The notes below the pieces were generated by a model. The model saw only the letters and a program-made list of their open reading frames with translations, had not been told where the DNA came from and did not search any database. A DNA stretch of 64,000 bases, taken from positions 2,666,001 through 2,730,000 of the forward strand of contig NC_089430.1 of NCBI RefSeq assembly GCF_026210795.1, in the 5' to 3' direction. Numbering within the stretch: position 1 is the first letter of the stretch; the number at the start of each line of letters is the position of its first letter. This DNA comes from Rhizophagus irregularis (taxonomy: Eukaryota). This document shows positions 58,403 to 64,000 of this stretch, piece after piece. A program made the translations under genes and the position numbers.

Positions 58403-59812
58403 TTAAAAGCCTAACGTGTTATCTACACTCTGAAAGAATTCATATATAGATTCAATTGTGGCCTCAGTAAAAATAGGATTCCTTGCTGCATCAGCGTAAC
58501 TCAAATTTTGTTGTGATAATTGCCGTGTATAAATATTAATTTCAGAAAGTGAAGGTGAAGTCTAAAGATTAGAAAAATTTTTATTTAGTTGTATTTAATA
58601 TAATGTAAAAGTTTGTGCATAAAAGTAAATATATCTCACTTGATCATATCGACTGTTATCAAGTAAGCTATCATCCTTACCAAATCCTTTATAAGGAGAC
58701 GGAGATGGAGATGCCAAGGGACTATCAATTTCATCTTCATTAGCTTTTTCTGAATAATTTAATTTTGGAGGTGGACATATCGGTGCAATACGTCTAGCGC
58801 GCTTTCTAACGATGAAACTTGGTTTTGGTGAATGAACTGGTGTGCTAAATGGTGAAGGTTGTGACAATCTTGCTTTTTTTATTGGTGTAGTTTGCAGACC
58901 AGATCTTTCTTGTCTATTACGAAAATTTGGAGTCATGGACCCCAATGTAGATACGTTATCTCGAGACGTATTGAAAGTATTACAGCTTGTAAACGATTTT
59001 GGTGGGTTGTCATTCTTCCACTTTATAATATGTTGTTGCTACATATTTATTTTGGAAAATTAAATTCTTTAATTATTATTTCAATAAAAATTATGATCAT
59101 TTTTATATTACCTCATTCCCAGATGGTGTATGTTCTATTCTGTCTGACGATATATCTTGCTCTAGATCTTCAATGAAATTTGTTAATTTTCTTTTGTTCG
59201 AGTTTGTACTTAACCATCTACCCATTAAACTACCAGCTGTGAGATTATTCGTATTGGATGAGTTTATGAAAAAAGGGTTTTGTTGATCATGAAACGAATT
59301 TGGAATCATTCCTGATTGATCTTCATCTCGCTGTCTTTCCTGCAAATTCTTTGAATTACGCGAAGATATTGCCTTTGGATAAGTAATTTCCTGAACCATA
59401 TGTGTCATTTTTTGCTAAATATAATATTGTTATATGATCATGTACGTTAAGTTATCATATATCATTATATTATATATTTAAATGTATAATATTATATTAC
59501 CTGCATTATTGCATATTTTTCATTGAGTTTTCTAGCGTTGCACATTTTTGATGTCTTTTCAGGTTTTTTACCCTTTGATGATGGAGAAGAATCGTTAAGT
59601 TCCATTCTACTGAAATTTACGGAAATCGATGAGGGAGATATATCTCCATAATTATTGTAATTTCGTCGCCTAGGAGTCGAGATTACTTCTAACAAAAATT
59701 ATTTTAATAAGAGACGTTTGCCGAAATTAGAAATATCTTTTCGTAAAGTTTATATAAAGTTTATTCAATTTCATTAGTATCTTTTACCTTCTCGTTCTTC
59801 CATAGATTTCAT
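58403..59812 (-). CDS. Uncharacterised Ser/Pro/Arg-rich, largely disordered protein, 357 aa
   Basis: Exons 59812-59788, 59688-59501, 59414-59112, 59038-58640 and 58561-58403 join in frame through GT-AG introns (1074 nt). Many S/T-P sites and basic clusters (PIKKARL, RKRARR). Confidence 0.8.
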
Positions 59813-61909
59813 AATTGTCTTTGATATCCTATTAAATGTGATTAATATTATTTTTATTTTTTTTTAAGTAAAATTAATTATTTTTATCTTAGTTATTATT
59901 ATACCTAGAAAAGGGGATATCTTTTAATTCTTCAATAGGAGAAGGAATGTCTTCGAATTTCATCCCATAAACAGACATTTTTTTTTACTTTTTGTTTTTT
60001 CCTATAAATAATTAAACTTGAAGAAAAGATAAAGAGACGAAAAAAATTAAACTCGTGTTTAAGGAGCTGCACGTCTGATAATAGAATCTCACGATCAGCT
60101 GACCCGAAGTTTCCTGAGCATAAAAGATCTCGTAATGATGATGTAGATGTACAATTTAAACTCATCAACAAACTTTTGTATAAAACTTCCTTAAATAGCA
60201 ATTCAGGTTCGTAAATGAATTAATGTACAGTATATAAAATTATAAATACCTTTTATTGACTTAAACATATTCGTTCTTAAAAATGATTTGTTTCATTTCA
60301 TTTTATTTAATTTTTTAATTTTTATTTGTACGCGTAAAATTTTTTTAGTTTTCGTATCACCGTCTATTAGTACCCCCTTTATGAATACCAGTACCCGTTT
60401 CATATATATAAAAATATGTAATATTTAGATTTATTCGAATTCTTAAAAATCTAAAAATCAGTATATTTAACGGTTATTTTAAATCAAAATTTAAGTCATA
60501 TATTAAATTCTTCTAGATGGAAGTTGTGCCCGAATAAATTGCGAGGTAATAGAAGGTAAATCACGTGCTGAGCAAATCACATGATTCAAATGTATTTGAC
60601 GCCAAAAGGTTCATAATTATACTGTAGTATGTCTTTAAAAATTTAGTTAAGCCTCGGCTGTCCCTATCTGTATAATACTTTGACTAGAATAACCACACTT
60701 CTAAATTAAAATAAAATAAAATAAAAAATGTCTTCAAAAATTTTAAAATTTTAATACTATAATACTACCAAGGTTATTTCTAGTGATACCGACACTGTGT
60801 TCATTTGTGCTATTATAAAATAGTTTTTTATATTAATATTAAAATATATATATATCGGTCCGTTGTCATAAGAATCTTGCTAAATGTTTAGCACCTTAAA
60901 GATATTTTATATTAATAATATACCAATAGTGAAATATAAAAAAGTTATTAAAGTAATTATCATAGTCATTATTTAAATCTTGTTCTTTTAATAAGTAACA
61001 AATTAAAGTAGTTTATTTAAAATGAATAAAGAACTTTATATTTTACCTTCATCCTAGACGACGACCAATATATTAATCCAGTTGTCAATTATAAATACGA
61101 TTTATTAGGTTAATTTTTTTTCTAGAAATTAGTAGGAATCATTATTATTGCTAACCTGATTGTATGAGTCTCATTTAACTCACTTTTTTAATTATTATAA
61201 TAGAATAAAAAATTAAAGAATTACTTCTTTATGAATGTACCTTTACATTTTTGATTTAAATATGATAAAGGGTTATCTTAATTTTTGTGACGTCAACTTT
61301 TTTTTTTTTATAAAAATCGTGCGTTGTCGCGTAATCACGTCTGAACAAATCAAAATTATATATTTTACATATAAATTTTAATTAATATTAAAGGTTTTAA
61401 AAATAACCTTATAACTTTATACTAATTCAATTATTTTGTAATTTATTTGCGTTACAATAATCGCACTTTCGATTTTTTTATTTTTTGAAAGTTTCAATTT
61501 TACTTAAAATTTTCGATTTCACAAAATTTAGTTATATTTTCCGACTATAATATACTTATAACACGAGATGCTACGACAGTTTTAAAAAAAATTCCACTTT
61601 TATTACAAAAAAAAACAAAACAAAAGAATTTGTTTGTTACACAAAAATAAGTAATATAAAACATATAAGAAATCCCAAACCTAAATACAATAAACAACCT
61701 TATTTATATATAGATATTTGCTTTGAACTTAATAAATAAAAATTCCGTCTCTAAATAAACTAAATAAACATAAAGCAATAAACTAAAATTTTTTAATATA
61801 ATTTTAATGTTCGTAATCCACTATATTTGTTTTTAAAGCTTCATAATGTTAGCTAGGATAGTATCGCCAAGAAGTTTACAACAATTTTGTTATAAATGAA
61901 ATACAAGAT

Positions 61910-63399
61910 TTATTTATCCAATTTTAATCCTTTAAAATCCTTAATAATTTCCTCTTGGTTTTTTGACGAATTATAATCTTCAACTAATATGTCAAAACAT
62001 AATAATAATCAGTAAACATAAATATTTTTAAAATAGATAATATAATACTACTTTAATTAAACTTACTATTATTATTTATTAGGTATATCGAAATCATAAG
62101 GTTTGTATTATCATTATTATAAGCCTCATTCAACATTACACAAATTACAATAAAAATAATAATCATCTTAGGTCTTTTTAACGGATCAGCATCCCAACAT
62201 TGTTTCATTAATTGGTTATATCCTGGTGGAATTTCTGATCTAATTTTTGGTCTCATACCGTTTACTTTCATTGCAAGATCATAATCATGTTCGTAATTAT
62301 TAAAGGGGGTTTGACCTGATGAAATTTCCCACATAAGTATACCAAAACTATAAATATCAGATGCGAAAGTATATTCTTTTCCAATTATAACCTCAGGTGC
62401 TACATAAGGAAGATTTCCATATATACTTTTAATGGTTTATCAGCGGGCCCACAAAATCCAAAATCACCTATATACCAAAAATCGCTACATTGAATACAAA
62501 ATGTTTCCAGAATGTAAATCTCGATGAATTGCGTTGTTACAATGAATTCCAATAAGTGCACAAATTATACGATAAACTAAATATATTTTTTCTTTCCATG
62601 TATGTTGATGTTGTAAATATTTTCTTAAATCTTTATTCAATAATTGCAATACAAGCATATAAACTTTATTTATTGGATCTTGAGTTAAACCATAACATTT
62701 AACAAAGGTAGGAAATTTGTTACCTAATGTTAAATGTGATTTTGCCTATACATATTTTTAAATTAATAATTATTACGTATTTTAAAATATATAAAATAAA
62801 TTAAATTTAAATTATTACCTCATCAAACTAGCATTTTCAATATTTTCCAATTTTTTAAGAATGACTTCAGGTGGTTTCGATCTTTCTAATTGTCGTTTTT
62901 CGGAATTCTACTCAACATATTCTCCATCAGTCCAAAGTGCTGAATAAATCTCGGAGTATCCACCTTTAGTTATATATTTACTATTTTGTAATTTATTATA
63001 TGGTATCCATTCAATAATTTTATCTGGACGAAGTGATACTTTTTGACATTCTTGTATTAGATTATCAATATCACTATTTCCAGATGTCCAGTTAGAAAAA
63101 TTATTTATTAAATAGGTTCGAACGCAATGTTCACAATATAATGTAGCAAAACAATCTTTTTGACATTCTTTACACAATCTTTTTGTTCCTTCATTAAGAA
63201 GAACTTTTTGGTAATCATGATCTTCTATTAATATCCTTATTGCTTCCAACTTTTCATCGCTTATAAGAGATTCATCATCAAAAATTGATTTTATTTGAGA
63301 TTCATGAATTTCGGTCATGTCATTGTAAATGCTAACATCTATTAATGCATCAACTTTTCTAATTGCAGCATAAACAAGTTCTTTCCTAATAGCAGCCAT
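61910..63399 (-). pseudogene. Pseudogenised paralog of the 6455 kinase
   Basis: TGG>TAG at 62908-62910, a frameshifting deletion at ~62830, a frameshift after HRDLHSGNILYS (~62490), and a deletion at ~62103 removing the EPRNATE region. The last exon EDYNSSKNQEEIIKDFKGLKLDK* matches gene 6455. Confidence 0.9.
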
Positions 63400-63470
63400 A
63401 ATAAAATCTAAGATAATTTGCTCAAAAGTTGAAATTGCAAAAGAAGAAAATATTAAGATAATGAAAATTA

Positions 63471-63520
63471 CGGAATTTTTATACTATTACGGTTTATAAA
63501 CTCTGGGATTCTCCCACGCC
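63471..63520 (-). promoter_or_regulatory. Conserved kinase-family promoter block
   Basis: Reverse complement GGCGTGGGAGAATCCCAGAGTTTATAAACCGTAATAGTATAAAAATTCCG, homologous to 6320-6370. Confidence 0.65.
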
Positions 63521-64000
63521 CAACTTATGTTCGTTGTGCATGCATTACATTCTTATAATTTCAGGTGAAGACTATAATTTTTTTTTAAATCTTTTACCAA
63601 GAAATAAAAACATATTTATTATTTATATTTACGTTTAAAAAAAAAATTTTTTTTTTTATCTGACTGACATACGGAAAAACAAATTAAGTTTGTTACAAGA
63701 AATTTGCGCCACAATTATTATTTATAAATTTATGAATATACAATTTTTTCTTTTAACCATTTTAAACCGTTAGTAAAATAAGTATCTTTGTTTAAAAAAA
63801 AAAGAGTAATGGCCTATCGCCATGGTGATGAGTTGATCGATATCATGTGATTATAGAGTATTAATAACCGCCACAGTTCAATTTGCTAGTATAACTGATC
63901 TTTTTTTTACTGACATTCCTTCATCTGTTCTTTTACTCTCCTTTCACTTTCTCGTCTTTTCACTTCCCTTCGTTCTTTTATTTGTCCATCTCCCATCCTT

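Overview
Very AT-rich eukaryotic DNA with short GT-AG introns. Gene content points to an arbuscular mycorrhizal fungus (Glomeromycotina, Rhizophagus-like); this is an inference from the CxxC/NFxNWTSGN-type tyrosine-kinase-like (TKL) kinases and BTB proteins. Kinases: a probable pseudokinase with ~21 short symmetric tail exons (108-~4376), an intact paralog (6455-8290), a 1074-aa kinase with five tandem N-terminal modules but one C-lobe (39916-36219), and at least four kinase pseudogenes or fragments. Other genes: four intact plus one partial NADP-dependent alkene reductase (PTGR/LTB4DH-like MDR) paralogs in two convergent clusters, a KCTD-type BTB gene, a MATH-BTB pseudogene, a frameshifted membrane protein and a Ser/Pro-rich unknown protein. 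About nine small non-autonomous DNA transposons are present, several with clear TSDs. Three items are missed by the ORF track. (1) A three-copy tandem non-coding unit (31062-32593) behind a TATA/CCAAT promoter, each copy with a putative intron carrying a box C/D RNA whose topology resembles the U3 3' domain. (2) A spliced 36-aa, 8-Cys micropeptide gene whose exon is bracketed by complementary sequences that co-vary between two paralogs. (3) A PD-(D/E)XK nuclease-like gene fragment inside a small repeat element. All calls were made by eye; no database searches were run.
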